Positions 29,150 to 39,466 of a stretch of 64,000 nt of DNA are shown here, piece after piece; the stretch's first letter is position 1; every line of letters begins with the position of its first letter. Source of the DNA: an uncultured Holophaga sp. (GTDB lineage: Bacteria > Acidobacteriota > Holophagae > Holophagales > Holophagaceae). The notes beneath the pieces are model-generated. The model did not search any database. It had not been told where the DNA came from and saw nothing but the letters and a program-made list of their open reading frames with translations. Location: positions 2,624,001 to 2,688,000 of the forward strand of contig OY761614.1 of the NCBI GenBank assembly GCA_963664825.1. Reading direction: 5' to 3'. The translations under genes and the position numbers were made by a program.

Positions 29150-29382
29150 CTCACCGCAGCCGAAGGAGATCATCATGCTGCGACTTCCTTTTTTGGGGAA
29201 TGATTCCACCCGGGCTTGGGAGTGCAGGCGGCTTGGGGTGTCCCTTGGAAAACAGCTCGGGGTGGGTCTGGAAGGTCTGATTGAACACGGCCTGCCGGGC
29301 CGCGTGGATCTCCTCGGCACGGCCTTCATGGACGCTGGCAGACGTCATCATGCCAATGCCACTGCGCCGGTGCAGGGTGTTG
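29150..29382 (-). pseudogene. IS3-family 3' fragment
   Basis: GIGMMTSASVHEGRAEEIHAAR; homologous to 43040-43260. Confidence 0.75.
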
Positions 29383-29430
29383 ATTTTTGAAATTTCGACC
29401 GCGGGATCCGGGCTTAACCTGTACCGAAGA

Positions 29431-29460
29431 GAAAAAACAGGCACCCACATGGGTGCCTGA
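29431..29460 (-). terminator. Intrinsic terminator after lanA1
   Basis: Minus strand CAGGCACCCA-tg-TGGGTGCCTG followed by TTTTTT. Confidence 0.8.
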
Positions 29461-29482
29461 ATGCTGGGAAACGAACACAAAA

Positions 29483-29689
29483 TCAAATACAGGCACTATT
29501 TACTGCAATGCTGATACAAACTTGGTGGATTGAATCACAATTAAAGACTGTGTCATTGCAGTACCATGAATTACGATGCTGCGCTTCACATTTGTCTATG
29601 GGTTTGGTATACACACCACCTGCTACTTCCAGGGTATCTGCAGCGTTCAACTGCTTGAGCGTTTCCTTTGAAAGGGTGAGTTTATTCAC
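29483..29689 (-). CDS. lanA: Lanthipeptide precursor LanA1 (68 aa)
   Basis: GTG start with AGGAG RBS; leader KLTLSKETLKQL...VAGG; core with 5 Cys and 6 Ser/Thr. Confidence 0.85.
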   Translation of the reverse strand: MNKLTLSKETLKQLNAADTLEVAGGVYTKPIDKCEAQHRNSWYCNDTVFNCDSIHQVCISIAVNSACI

Positions 29690-29804
29690 GGGTTCTCCTG
29701 GAAAAAGGAAGGGGATTTGAAAATTTGCATCCAACGGATGCGTTGATTGGGGATTCTTCAGTAATTCTCCGCTCTTGCTGGGTTGCGTCAAGTTATTTTG
29801 CCCT

Positions 29805-31871
29805 CTACCTGACCGGTAGCTCGATCTCTTCCTGCTCCAAAGTCGCCTCCTCGGCCCTAGTTTCCGTTCTCCCCCCCATCATGATTTCCTCGTGGCTAGC
29901 GTAGATAACGGTCCTACCTTGGAAGCGGGGGCACTGGAGGATGCGCCGGCGGCTCAACCCATCCAGATTAGAGAGAGCCTCGTCCAGAAGCAGGAGCTGC
30001 TTGTCCGAGGCCAGGACTGCAGTGATGGCAATGAGCTGGCGCTGGCCGCCGGAGAGATTGCCGCCGCCGCTGGCCACCATGGTCTGGTAGCCCATGGGGA
30101 GGGTCTTCACCCATTCAGCCAGGCCAGTCTCTTTGGCCACCTCAAAGAGATGGGTCTTGGGTCCATCGCCGGAGAAAATTCGGAGGTTTTCCAAGATGGA
30201 GCCACTTGAGAGCTGGGGGAACTGGGGAAGAAAGACCATCAGGTTGTTGGCGGCCGCACTATCCAGGCCTCCCATACTGATGCGCCCGGTGTCGGGTGTA
30301 TAGAGACCCGCCAGGAGCTTCAGGAGCGTGCTCTTGCCGGATCCGGAGGCTCCCTTCACGTGATGGAAGGTGCCGGGTTGCACACGAAGATTGGCACCCT
30401 GGAGGATCCAGGGTGCCTTTTCCTTATAGCGAAACCACACATCCTCGGCCAGCACGGGGCCCGTGAGTTCCGTAGGACCGTTCAAAGGCGTTTGGGTCAG
30501 GCGAACCGTGGCAAAGGCCTCGTGGACCTGCGCGAGTTGAGGCCTCGCCAGTGCGATGGAGAGCACCGTCTGGCTAAGACTGGTGACGGCAGCCACGAAG
30601 GCAGCGCTCAGCTGCGAAAAGGCCAGGAGCTGTCCCAGCGAAAGTTCCCCGCCGAGCACCTTGAAACCACCCCAGATGAGAATGCAGATGCTGCTGCCCT
30701 GGCTGAGGAATTCGCAGATGGCATCAGCCCAGAGTCCGATGCGGTCCTGTCTGAGGCTGTGAGCCAGTTCCACTCCCAGCTTGTCCTTCCATCGCGCCAG
30801 CACCCAGTTCTGGCTGCCTGTCGCCTTGAGCGTGGAGGCACCATTCAGGAGTTCAGCCAGCGCGCTGTGCTCCGCCTGGCTGGCCTTGATCTGGAGGCGG
30901 GTCACGCGCGCCTGCAGGTATCCGATCACGGCAGACGCGAGGCTGAGCAGTAATGCCCCCAGAATCACGACGCCCGCTACGGTCGGCATGAGCATCAGCA
31001 TGTAAACCAAATAGGCCACCGCCGTGCAGGCATCGAAGACCGCCGCCAATCCTCGGTTGAGCACCAAGGCACGGGCCCGCTTGATTCCGCTGAAGGCCTG
31101 AAGCAGTTCGCCCAGGGTCTTGCCCTGAAGGTGCTTGAAGGGCAAGTGCAACAGGTGGTCGAAGAGACCCTTTTCCATCGCCACATCAATGCGCGCGGAA
31201 AAGGCATTCAGGGTGATATCTCGCAGCCAGCCCACCCAGGCCCTGAAGAGCGCCGTGAGAATCATCCCGATGCAGAGGATCTGGAGCAGGCTGCCTGAAC
31301 CCTTGGCCAGGGCGCCGTCCATCATCCAGGCCGTGAGCCACGGGGAAATGAGCGCGAGCCCCTGGACCATGGCGGAAGCCCCCAGGGACACCAGCAGGAA
31401 TTGCCGATGCCCCGGGATCAGCTTCAGGAGGCGCATCCAGAGCCCACCCTTTTCGGGGAAGGCTTCACTGATTTCCAGAGCTGTGCCAGAGAAGACTTCG
31501 GCTAGAGCCCTTTCGGGCACAAGGCTCGCGCCGCCTCCGTGTTCCACCAGCCACCCCTTGGCGCTTCGCTTCCGCAGGAGGATCCATTCGCCCGTGTGGG
31601 TCAGCATGAGTGTGGGCAGCTGCAGATGCGCAAGATCGCTGACTTGAGCCTGAACGCACCGGGCTTCGAAGCCGCTGACGCGGAGTTTCCGGAGCAGACC
31701 ATTAACACCTGGGGCGACATTCACGTCACCTTCGTCCTCCTCGTCCAAGGTTTGCAGGGTGGTCTTGATGCCCCGATGCACTAGGAGGCGCCAAAGGGCG
31801 ATGCGGGTGGGGAGGCCTTCCAGAACATTGCCTTCCGAACGGCTCGGCTCCAGGCTTGGTTGCTCCTTCAT
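29805..31871 (-). CDS. Bacteriocin-type ABC exporter with degenerate C39-like domain
   Basis: TMD, GASGSGKS, LSGGQRQ, LLLLDEA; N-terminal domain lacks the QxxxxECG Cys. Confidence 0.85.
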   Translation of the reverse strand: MKEQPSLEPSRSEGNVLEGLPTRIALWRLLVHRGIKTTLQTLDEEDEGDVNVAPGVNGLLRKLRVSGFEARCVQAQVSDLAHLQLPTLMLTHTGEWILLRKRSAKGWLVEHGGGASLVPERALAEVFSGTALEISEAFPEKGGLWMRLLKLIPGHRQFLLVSLGASAMVQGLALISPWLTAWMMDGALAKGSGSLLQILCIGMILTALFRAWVGWLRDITLNAFSARIDVAMEKGLFDHLLHLPFKHLQGKTLGELLQAFSGIKRARALVLNRGLAAVFDACTAVAYLVYMLMLMPTVAGVVILGALLLSLASAVIGYLQARVTRLQIKASQAEHSALAELLNGASTLKATGSQNWVLARWKDKLGVELAHSLRQDRIGLWADAICEFLSQGSSICILIWGGFKVLGGELSLGQLLAFSQLSAAFVAAVTSLSQTVLSIALARPQLAQVHEAFATVRLTQTPLNGPTELTGPVLAEDVWFRYKEKAPWILQGANLRVQPGTFHHVKGASGSGKSTLLKLLAGLYTPDTGRISMGGLDSAAANNLMVFLPQFPQLSSGSILENLRIFSGDGPKTHLFEVAKETGLAEWVKTLPMGYQTMVASGGGNLSGGQRQLIAITAVLASDKQLLLLDEALSNLDGLSRRRILQCPRFQGRTVIYASHEEIMMGGRTETRAEEATLEQEEIELPVR

Positions 31872-31872
31872 A

Positions 31873-34008
31873 TCACCCACGGCCCGCCTCCATGGCCATA
31901 ACGATCTCTCGGAAGGCGCCTGCCTGTTTGGAGAGTGCAGCATAGGTCCCCTGCTGGGCGATGCGCCCATCCTCCAGCACCAGGATTCGATCCGCGTCCT
32001 TCACGGTTTCCAGGCGATGGGCGATGACAATACGCGTGCAGCCCAACCTTGCGAGATTGGCGTGAACTCTCGCTTCTGTCTCCAGATCCAGGGAACTGGT
32101 GGCCTCATCCAGCAGCAGGATGGAAGGCTCCAGCGCCACGGCACGAGCCAGGCAGAGGCGCTGTCGCTCACCCCCACTGAGGGTCTTGGCGTTTTCCCCC
32201 AGACGGCTCTTGTAACCCTGGGGTAGCTTGGAGATCACCTCGTGGATATGGGCGACTTTGGCGGCCCACTGCACCCGCTCCATGGGCAGCTTGGGATCGC
32301 GCAGCGCCACATTGGCGCGCACCGTGTCATCCAGCAGAAAGCTGTCCTGCATCACCACGCCCATCTGGCCCCGCAGTTTCTCGAGATCCAGAGTCCTGAG
32401 GTCCTGGCGATCAAAGCGGATGGTTCCTTCCGTGGGTAGATGCATACCCATAAGCAGACGCGCCAGGGTGCTCTTGCCCGCTCCAGTGCGACCCACAAGG
32501 GCAACCTTTTCTCCGGGTCCCAGAGAGAGAGAGATGTCCTGCAGAATCCATGGGGAGCCTTCCGCATAGCGAAAGCTCACACCCTCCAGATCGATGCGCC
32601 CCATTAAGCGACCGGGATCGACGCTCCCCGAGGCTTCCGGCGCGCTCTCCATCACATCGTCCAAACGCAGCAGGTGGCTGGTGAGAAACTGGAGGTCCGT
32701 AATGGCGCTGAGCATGGATTCCAGAGGGCCCATGTAGAGGCCCTGGAGCGCAAGAAAGGCGGTGAAGACGCCCAGTGTCATGCGCTCACCCAGCACTTCG
32801 CGGCCTCCAACCCAGAAGAGAGCCGCGGTGGCGAGCCCCTGCAGAATGCCCATCAACTGGCTGGAAGTGATGGCCAGCTTTTGGCGTTCCATTGAAACGT
32901 TTGTGCGGCGCACGAGGCGCGGAATCCACCGAGCCAGAACACGGTCTTCCGAAGCGGAAGCCTTGATGGTTTCAAGGCTTCCCAGGGCCTCTGTGAGGAT
33001 GGCACCCTCCTGACCCGAGACGGTGAGTTCCGTGGTCATCAGCTGCTGGTTTTGCTGACGAATGACCAGTAACAACACAACCCTCAAGGTGGAAAGCCCC
33101 ATAACTAAGAGGCCCAACTGCCAATGGTAGGCCAGCATAAGCGAGGAATAGCCAAGGAGCAGAAAGACATCCAGGATGGCGGAGACGCTACGGCTGGAAA
33201 AGAGATCCCGGATCTGGGCATTGCTCTCCAGGCGTTGCATGAGATCACCCGACTGGCGCTGGAGGAAAAAGCTGAGCGGCAGGTTGATGAGATGGGTGGT
33301 GAAGCCCTCCATCAGTTGCTTGTCCATGCGGTTCTGGAGCCCCTGCAGCACATAACTGCGGAGCAACCCCAGCAGGAGCTTGGCTACCAGGGCCAACGTA
33401 AGACCCACTGCAAGTCCCCATAACCAAGGCTGGTAGTGGGGCAAAAGCACCCGGTCCACCAGGACCTGACTGGCCACGGGAAATATCAGACCCACAGCCT
33501 GGAGCATGAGGGAAGCCCCCAGGAGCTGCACGAGACTGGGCCGAACGCTCCGCAGGATTTCCAGGTAGCGGCCCAAGCTTGGGAAGCGCCGCTTACGCTC
33601 GACAAAGTCGTTATCGGGAGCGAACACCAGCGCCACTCCCGTAAATGAAGTTCGAAATTCCGCCCAAGTGACGAAGCGCCTGCCCATCCCAGGATCCACG
33701 ATATGGACGCCCCTGGAGGTGATGCGCTCCAACACCACGAAATGCTTGAACTCCCAGTGGAGAATTGCGGGAAGAGGAAGATCCCGAATGTGCTCCACCT
33801 CCACCTTCACGGCCTCGGCCTCCAGGCCAAAACTCCGCCCAGCTTGAAGGATATTGGCGGCGTTGGCGCCATCCCGAGAGACCTTGCAGGCCTCGCGCAC
33901 CTCTGGAAGGGGCGCATGATGGCCCCAATAGCCCATCACCATAGCCAGCGCGGCGGCGCCGCACTCCACCATTTCCATCTGGGGGACGTAAGGAACGCGG
34001 TGCATCAC
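31873..34008 (-). CDS. lanT: Peptidase-containing ABC transporter (C39 PCAT, LanT-like)
   Basis: PQMEMVECGAAAL, LHWEFKHFVVL, GRTGAGKS, LSGGERQR, LDEATS. Confidence 0.93.
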   Translation of the reverse strand: MMHRVPYVPQMEMVECGAAALAMVMGYWGHHAPLPEVREACKVSRDGANAANILQAGRSFGLEAEAVKVEVEHIRDLPLPAILHWEFKHFVVLERITSRGVHIVDPGMGRRFVTWAEFRTSFTGVALVFAPDNDFVERKRRFPSLGRYLEILRSVRPSLVQLLGASLMLQAVGLIFPVASQVLVDRVLLPHYQPWLWGLAVGLTLALVAKLLLGLLRSYVLQGLQNRMDKQLMEGFTTHLINLPLSFFLQRQSGDLMQRLESNAQIRDLFSSRSVSAILDVFLLLGYSSLMLAYHWQLGLLVMGLSTLRVVLLLVIRQQNQQLMTTELTVSGQEGAILTEALGSLETIKASASEDRVLARWIPRLVRRTNVSMERQKLAITSSQLMGILQGLATAALFWVGGREVLGERMTLGVFTAFLALQGLYMGPLESMLSAITDLQFLTSHLLRLDDVMESAPEASGSVDPGRLMGRIDLEGVSFRYAEGSPWILQDISLSLGPGEKVALVGRTGAGKSTLARLLMGMHLPTEGTIRFDRQDLRTLDLEKLRGQMGVVMQDSFLLDDTVRANVALRDPKLPMERVQWAAKVAHIHEVISKLPQGYKSRLGENAKTLSGGERQRLCLARAVALEPSILLLDEATSSLDLETEARVHANLARLGCTRIVIAHRLETVKDADRILVLEDGRIAQQGTYAALSKQAGAFREIVMAMEAGRG

Positions 34009-34011
34009 GGG

Positions 34012-35283
34012 CTACTCCAGCCAGCGTCGCAGGGGATCCAGCACGATGGTGATGAGGCGCTGCCGCCGCAGGGTAAAGCGAGCCGAAAGTAGCATACCGG
34101 GGCGGATCTTCACACCCGAGAGACGCTTGGAGCGCTCGGGCTGCAGTTCGATCTCCACGCGATAGGCCGGCGTATCCAGCTTGCCTGTTTCTCCAAGGGC
34201 TTCCTGGATTTCATACTGAGAGGCCAGATCAGACCCAATGCGCGTGACGCGGCCTTTCAAGGTGCCAAACTCCGTGAAAAGATAGGCCTCCATTTCCAGC
34301 AATACCTGATCGCCCGACTTAACGAAGGCCCGGTCCTTTTCGGGCAGGAAGGCCACCACCTGCAGCGGCGAGTCCTCAGAGATGATCTTGGCGATGGTCT
34401 GCCCCGGCTGAAGGAGATCCCCAGGACGCGCCACCAAAGCCTCCAAAAAACCCGCTACTGGCGCCAAAACATTCGTCTGGCGCAGCGAGGAATCCAGGGC
34501 ATCCCGCTTCGACTGGGAGCCATTCAGATCCTGGAGCCGTTGCCACTGGTTGCGTTGCCGCTGGCTCTCAAGAGTCGAAAACTCCTGGCGAAGCTGCACC
34601 ATTTGCTGCTTCGCACTATCGAGTGTGCGTAGGGCCGCATTGAGTTGATCCTGAGCCTCGTCTAGATTGATGGGTGCCACCAATTTTTCCACGAGCAGTC
34701 TGCGCGTAGCTTCCACTCTCTTTTCCTGGATTTTCACAGAACTCTCAAAGCTTTTCACTTGCGTGTCCTGATGGACAAGCTTCGTCTGCACAGCTCGAAG
34801 TTGTTCCTGGAGCAACTTGTCTTCTCGCTCGGTGAAGGTTTCCCCCTGGGAGCGCAGGAGCTGCAATTGGCGATCCGTTTCCAGGATGGCGCCCTGCACC
34901 TGGGCCGAATCAATGCGGGCGATGGGCTGGCCTTCCCTCAATGTATCGCCACTGTGAGCATAGGTCTCGGCCAGCACTCCCCCAACCTGAGCCTGGATCA
35001 GGCGCACACCCGCTAAAGGGTGCAGAATCCCCTTGCCCGTATCTTGCACTTCCACTTTGCCGAGGATCGCTGCCAGAAGGGCCACCAGCAAGACGCTTCC
35101 GAGGGCGAAGAAGAGCGACCAGGTCCAGGGAGGCGAGACCCGCAGGGGCTCGCGGATATCCTCATTCTTCATGAGATGTTCGAGAGCTTCCTGACGGAAA
35201 ATGGACGAAGAGGGCTGGGGATCGGATTCCAATGGGGCTCCGGGAGGTATGCGCTTTAAGAAAATAGTCACTGACACAACCAT
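34012..35283 (-). CDS. HlyD-family membrane fusion protein
   Basis: IFRQEAL, single TM, coiled coil, LAPVAG, FGTLKGRV, IRPGM. Confidence 0.9.
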   Translation of the reverse strand: MVVSVTIFLKRIPPGAPLESDPQPSSSIFRQEALEHLMKNEDIREPLRVSPPWTWSLFFALGSVLLVALLAAILGKVEVQDTGKGILHPLAGVRLIQAQVGGVLAETYAHSGDTLREGQPIARIDSAQVQGAILETDRQLQLLRSQGETFTEREDKLLQEQLRAVQTKLVHQDTQVKSFESSVKIQEKRVEATRRLLVEKLVAPINLDEAQDQLNAALRTLDSAKQQMVQLRQEFSTLESQRQRNQWQRLQDLNGSQSKRDALDSSLRQTNVLAPVAGFLEALVARPGDLLQPGQTIAKIISEDSPLQVVAFLPEKDRAFVKSGDQVLLEMEAYLFTEFGTLKGRVTRIGSDLASQYEIQEALGETGKLDTPAYRVEIELQPERSKRLSGVKIRPGMLLSARFTLRRQRLITIVLDPLRRWLE

Positions 35284-35327
35284 CCAGGTTGCAGGGGGTT
35301 CACAATCTGGACGCCTTGATAGCTTGG

Positions 35328-38300
35328 CTATTCTACCTTGGCTAGGGTAGCGTTTTTGGCCTTCTTCCGCTGCCGAGCTAGGCGGGATTCGTAGAGGCGA
35401 TCCAGGAAATCGTAGATGACGAATTCTTGGTTCCGCTGAGCGGAGCGCAGGAGGCGGTTCACGTGCATGTGCGTGAAGCTGGGAGCCAGTTCCGCCCGGG
35501 TGCTCGTCAGGCGGCCTTGCGCTTCCAGATCCCGCAACCGTTCCCAGCAGGATGCCAAAGCCTTGTCCCGCCGATCCAGGATGGCGAGCCCCGGCGCCAG
35601 GACTTCGCTCTGGTTTTCCTCACAAAGAAACGCCTCCAGCTCCTTGCGGAGCTTGCGGAACTTGTCCCCCAATTGCACGTCCAGCCCGCGCTTGCTGCTG
35701 AACTCTCGGCCAAAGCCCTCCCTGGCTTGATGGATCAGGTGGGCCTTGGTCCCGAAATCGAACGCCATGCCATCCAAAAGTCCATCCACGGCCTTGAGAC
35801 CCAAGCGCCAGCGGAGGTCCGCGCCACTATCACCCGGATAGGCCTGCACCAGTCCCAGAATGGCCTGGCTATCCCGCCAGAAAAATTCTTCCGCCAGCTC
35901 GATGCCCGCGGAGCCGCCATAGCGCTCCAGTTCACGCTCGTAGGTGTCAAGTTGCACCTTCCAACAGAGACCTTCGATCATCAGTGGCGCAAACCGTTCG
36001 TAAATTTTGGGCTGAAGCTTTGTGGTGAGTGCGCGGGAATCACCATGGAAGCGAAGGCGCAGATGATGACCCCCCTCGTTGTAGCGGATGAAGAACCAGC
36101 GGTCATAGAGTTCCTGGGTTGCTTCCAGTAGCGGCGCGATGTGGTTGGCCAGTATCTGGTCAGCAGTGCTGGTGCCGGTATAGACCTTGAGATAGAGCCA
36201 TTCCGAGCCCGGTAGGAAGTTGCGCACAGTTTGGGTTTGCGCCGGGTGGGCAGGTTGGGTTTCGGCGAAAATCGACGTTGAACCCTCACTCTTGGCGAGT
36301 GAGGGTGTGAGGGGGGCTTCCCGCAGAAAGGGCACCACCAGTTCGTGGCAGAACCGCCCTTCGGGCCCTGTGGCCAGAAGGCAATCAGGCTCGGGAAAGC
36401 ATTCCTGCAATTCGAAGGCAGGTCGCTTGGCCACAAGTCCCAGGAGGGTTTCCAGCCAGAGGAGGTTTTCCAGGTCCACCAGCAACGTGTTGTCACCGTC
36501 TGCCAGGAGCACCATGCGGGGCAGTTTCCGCTTCTCGCGCCAAGCCTGAAAGAGGGCGAAGAGTTCCGCCCCCTTGGCCTCCTGGATTTCCTTGAGTTCC
36601 TTACTCTCCACGCGCCACTTGGCCTTGCAGAGGATGTGGCGTCCCTTTCGCACTCTGGGCAGGAAGGGCAGACCGTCCAGATTCCCCCAGGTCCAACCGC
36701 TATTGATGGCGTACTGATCCTGCATCCGACAGAGAAAGCGATAGACCCCAAGGCCCCTGGAATAGTTGTGGGCCGTGCTGAGACGGGGCATGATCTCCTT
36801 CTTCAACCGCTCGGAGCGCAACACCACACGATCACCCACCACGGAGACCTGAAGATCCTGGAGGGGAATCTGAAACCCATCCTCGGCACCACTCACGCCC
36901 AGGAAAGGGATCTCGTAGCCGCGGAGCAGGGGGCGACACAGAATATTGCCCATGCGTCCCTCGGGCAAATGGACGATTTCCGCGAAAATAGCATCCGGTG
37001 CCAGGGCCTCTTCGGCCGCAAGATGGGCCTTCACGGCCTTCTCCAACCGCAGATCTCCGTGGCAGAAACGCCCCAGGAGCCTCGCGCCGGAGGGCCCCGA
37101 AAAGTGCTCGAGCAGCATCTCGAATTCTCCTGCATCGAGGGCATCATGCGAACGAGCCGCCAGCACGGGCAAGGCGGCGAAGGCGTCCGGATAGTTCGGC
37201 GTATCGGCATTTTTCAAGGTCTTCAGATCATCGGAAGCCAGATCCCATTCTTCTTCCCCAGGTTTGGCCATGAGGTGCTTTAAGAGATAGAGCTCCCGAA
37301 CCGTGAAGGGAGCCCCCCCCTGTTCCTCACGCCCCGGAAAGGCCAGGCCTTCCAACAGCGGTGCCCCTTCGGCGCCAGGAGCATTCCCGCTCTCGAACCC
37401 GATGCCGCTTTCGTCGTCCAATACTTCCAGGAGGGAAATCCAGCGGGATTCGTAACGTTCCCTGAAGGAGTCGATGAATCGCTTCATGGAGTTGCCGCCC
37501 CTGGGAGGTGCCAGACAACGCAGCAGCTCGATGCCCTCCTCGATCTCCCGGCGAACCTTGACGCTGAGCCGCGCATCAGGCGCTGGCTTCACCAGATCCA
37601 CCTGGAAGAGATGCTTGAGCTTGATCTTCGCCGGCAGGGCCTCCAGATCCTTGGCCAACTGCCGGTAGGTTTCGGGAATGCGTGCACATGTATTTGCATC
37701 CAGAGCCTCGATGCGCTCCAAGGCCGAACCCAGTTGTTCCCCCAGTTCCTGGGTATCGGAATGCCCCTTCAGCCGTGCCACCACCCCATGGATCGGCTCC
37801 TCTCCTGTCACCGCCGGATAGAGATTCGACACCAGCACCTGGTTATCGATCAGCTCGTGGATGTAGCTGCTGGCATCCTCGTAGCTGACTTCCTCTTCCA
37901 TCAAGGGACGGGCCAGCTCCTCGATGGAAACCCCCACCTTGGCGCGCTCCAGGGTGGCTTCCAGGTAGGGTGTGGGCTCCAGGGCCACCAGGTGATAATC
38001 TCGGCCCCGCTCGGCGCTGAAGCGCACTTCCGCATACCGAAGCCGTCCCGCGGCGGTGTATAGGCTTGTGTTGGGCCGGTATCGCAGGGTGCCCCGCACC
38101 ACAGGATCTTTTTCCAGCGCTTCGACCAGGGAGCAGAGATAGTCCATATCCAGGCGCGTATGACGAAGACCGGTCTCCATTCCTTCTACTTTCAGCAGGC
38201 TATCCTCGCCCCAGACCCCCGTAGAACAGCCCGAGAAGAGTCCAAAGGGCGTAGAACGCGAGGCCATGCGGGACAAATACCGCACCAGGCTCCGCTCCAC

Positions 38301-38582
38301 GCGATCCTGCTTCTCTCCCGTCAACTTGCCCTGAAGCCAGGGATCCAACATCTCCTCCATATCCGGGGAAGCCACGAAAATGGCCTCCCGAATTTCGGAG
38401 CGCTGAAGGGCGGCGCGCAATTTGCTCCGCATTGCATCGCGATCCGCTTCCAGCGCAAAGGCCAGATCATCGACCCCTGCATGAGGGCCGTGCAAATCCA
38501 AGGACCAATCCGTCAGGAAATCATAGGGAAGGGCTGGGGTGCGAAAGGCAAAGAAGGGTTCTGTCTTGAACGTATGGGTCAC
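35328..38582 (-). CDS. lanB: Class I lanthipeptide dehydratase LanB (glutamylation plus elimination domains)
   Basis: RTPALP, YLSRMASRSTPFGLF, LLGRF, LPRVR, EWLYLKVY, WFFIRY, HLRLR, YERELERYGG, HMHVNR. Confidence 0.95.
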   Translation of the reverse strand: MTHTFKTEPFFAFRTPALPYDFLTDWSLDLHGPHAGVDDLAFALEADRDAMRSKLRAALQRSEIREAIFVASPDMEEMLDPWLQGKLTGEKQDRVERSLVRYLSRMASRSTPFGLFSGCSTGVWGEDSLLKVEGMETGLRHTRLDMDYLCSLVEALEKDPVVRGTLRYRPNTSLYTAAGRLRYAEVRFSAERGRDYHLVALEPTPYLEATLERAKVGVSIEELARPLMEEEVSYEDASSYIHELIDNQVLVSNLYPAVTGEEPIHGVVARLKGHSDTQELGEQLGSALERIEALDANTCARIPETYRQLAKDLEALPAKIKLKHLFQVDLVKPAPDARLSVKVRREIEEGIELLRCLAPPRGGNSMKRFIDSFRERYESRWISLLEVLDDESGIGFESGNAPGAEGAPLLEGLAFPGREEQGGAPFTVRELYLLKHLMAKPGEEEWDLASDDLKTLKNADTPNYPDAFAALPVLAARSHDALDAGEFEMLLEHFSGPSGARLLGRFCHGDLRLEKAVKAHLAAEEALAPDAIFAEIVHLPEGRMGNILCRPLLRGYEIPFLGVSGAEDGFQIPLQDLQVSVVGDRVVLRSERLKKEIMPRLSTAHNYSRGLGVYRFLCRMQDQYAINSGWTWGNLDGLPFLPRVRKGRHILCKAKWRVESKELKEIQEAKGAELFALFQAWREKRKLPRMVLLADGDNTLLVDLENLLWLETLLGLVAKRPAFELQECFPEPDCLLATGPEGRFCHELVVPFLREAPLTPSLAKSEGSTSIFAETQPAHPAQTQTVRNFLPGSEWLYLKVYTGTSTADQILANHIAPLLEATQELYDRWFFIRYNEGGHHLRLRFHGDSRALTTKLQPKIYERFAPLMIEGLCWKVQLDTYERELERYGGSAGIELAEEFFWRDSQAILGLVQAYPGDSGADLRWRLGLKAVDGLLDGMAFDFGTKAHLIHQAREGFGREFSSKRGLDVQLGDKFRKLRKELEAFLCEENQSEVLAPGLAILDRRDKALASCWERLRDLEAQGRLTSTRAELAPSFTHMHVNRLLRSAQRNQEFVIYDFLDRLYESRLARQRKKAKNATLAKVE

Positions 38583-38803
38583 AGGTTATTCCGTAAAATA
38601 ATCATTTAGTAGGCTTAATATCATGGCGCAATCCCATTATTATGGGGACCAAGTCCAAGACGCATTTCGAGTTGATGGTCGAAGTGGTCGCGTAGAGCTG
38701 CGCTGTCGGAGTTTGGCCAGTATCACAATACTAAACCGAGCCGGGGAGGGCGGGCGCCCCTCCAAACACAGCGCTTCATTCAACATCCATTAATCATGTA
38801 TAT

Positions 38804-38837
38804 AACAAAGTGCCGCCCAGTGTTAACTGGGCGACAC
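38804..38837 (-). terminator. Stem-loop/terminator between lanA2 and lanB
   Basis: Minus strand GTGTCGCCCAGT-taac-ACTGGGCGGCAC then TTTGTT. Confidence 0.7.
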
Positions 38838-38882
38838 CCCCCCCGGTAGGGGACCAAATGTCATGCCACTCCTACGCGACTA

Positions 38883-39053
38883 TTAGCAAAAATTATCCGT
38901 ATGCACACAGGTGTAGGCGGCATCGTAGGTTGGCCCCATATTCTTCTGGCAGGTGCAAATTGTATCGGGACCTTTCTTGCTTCCTCCAAACACCAGAGTT
39001 GCCTCATTCGAGGATAGGTGAGCCAGAGTCTCTTTATTAAGTTTAAGCGTCAT
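38883..39053 (-). CDS. lanA: Lanthipeptide precursor LanA2 (56 aa, not in ORF track)
   Basis: Hand translation MTLKLNKETLAHLSSNEATLVFGG-SKKGPDTICTCQKNMGPTYDAAYTCVHTDNFC; AAGGAG RBS. Confidence 0.88.
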   Translation of the reverse strand: MTLKLNKETLAHLSSNEATLVFGGSKKGPDTICTCQKNMGPTYDAAYTCVHTDNFC

Positions 39054-39466
39054 GATGTCTCCTTGGAGATTGCCCCTACTTAGGGGGTGGGTTGGTTGGG
39101 TATGGAGAATAATTAGGTCGAAAAATTACACTTCGGCTGACTATGTCTCCGATTGTCTGGGATCAAGACGTTTGTTCACAGTAACTCACTAAAATCGGCG
39201 AGAGTCAAATGGAAATCTGGTTCTTGGCTATTGTGCATGTGGCTGTAAGTCTCCACCCGTTCAGACAGGCTTCACCGTGCTTCCCATGCGCTGTCTCGGG
39301 CGCTATCGGAGGCACCCAAGGGACTGCGAAACCAGGCCGGAGAGCAGCCTCGCCTGGATCCACTCAGCTTTCATCCGACTGCTGTGACCAGAAGTTCGGC
39401 GGCTTGAGGAGACCAGCATGATTTTGCAGACACCCTCTGAGGAGGATTTTATTGGGCTCTTTAGGC

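Noticed and set aside
38823..38864. 13-codon ORF MTFGPLPGGVSPS with AGGAG upstream
   Set aside because: Too short, overlaps the lanA2 hairpin, no Cys or leader motif.
39300..39440. Possible IS end remnant (TTTTGCAGACACCCTCT)
   Set aside because: No partner inverted repeat or recognisable transposase fragment found.
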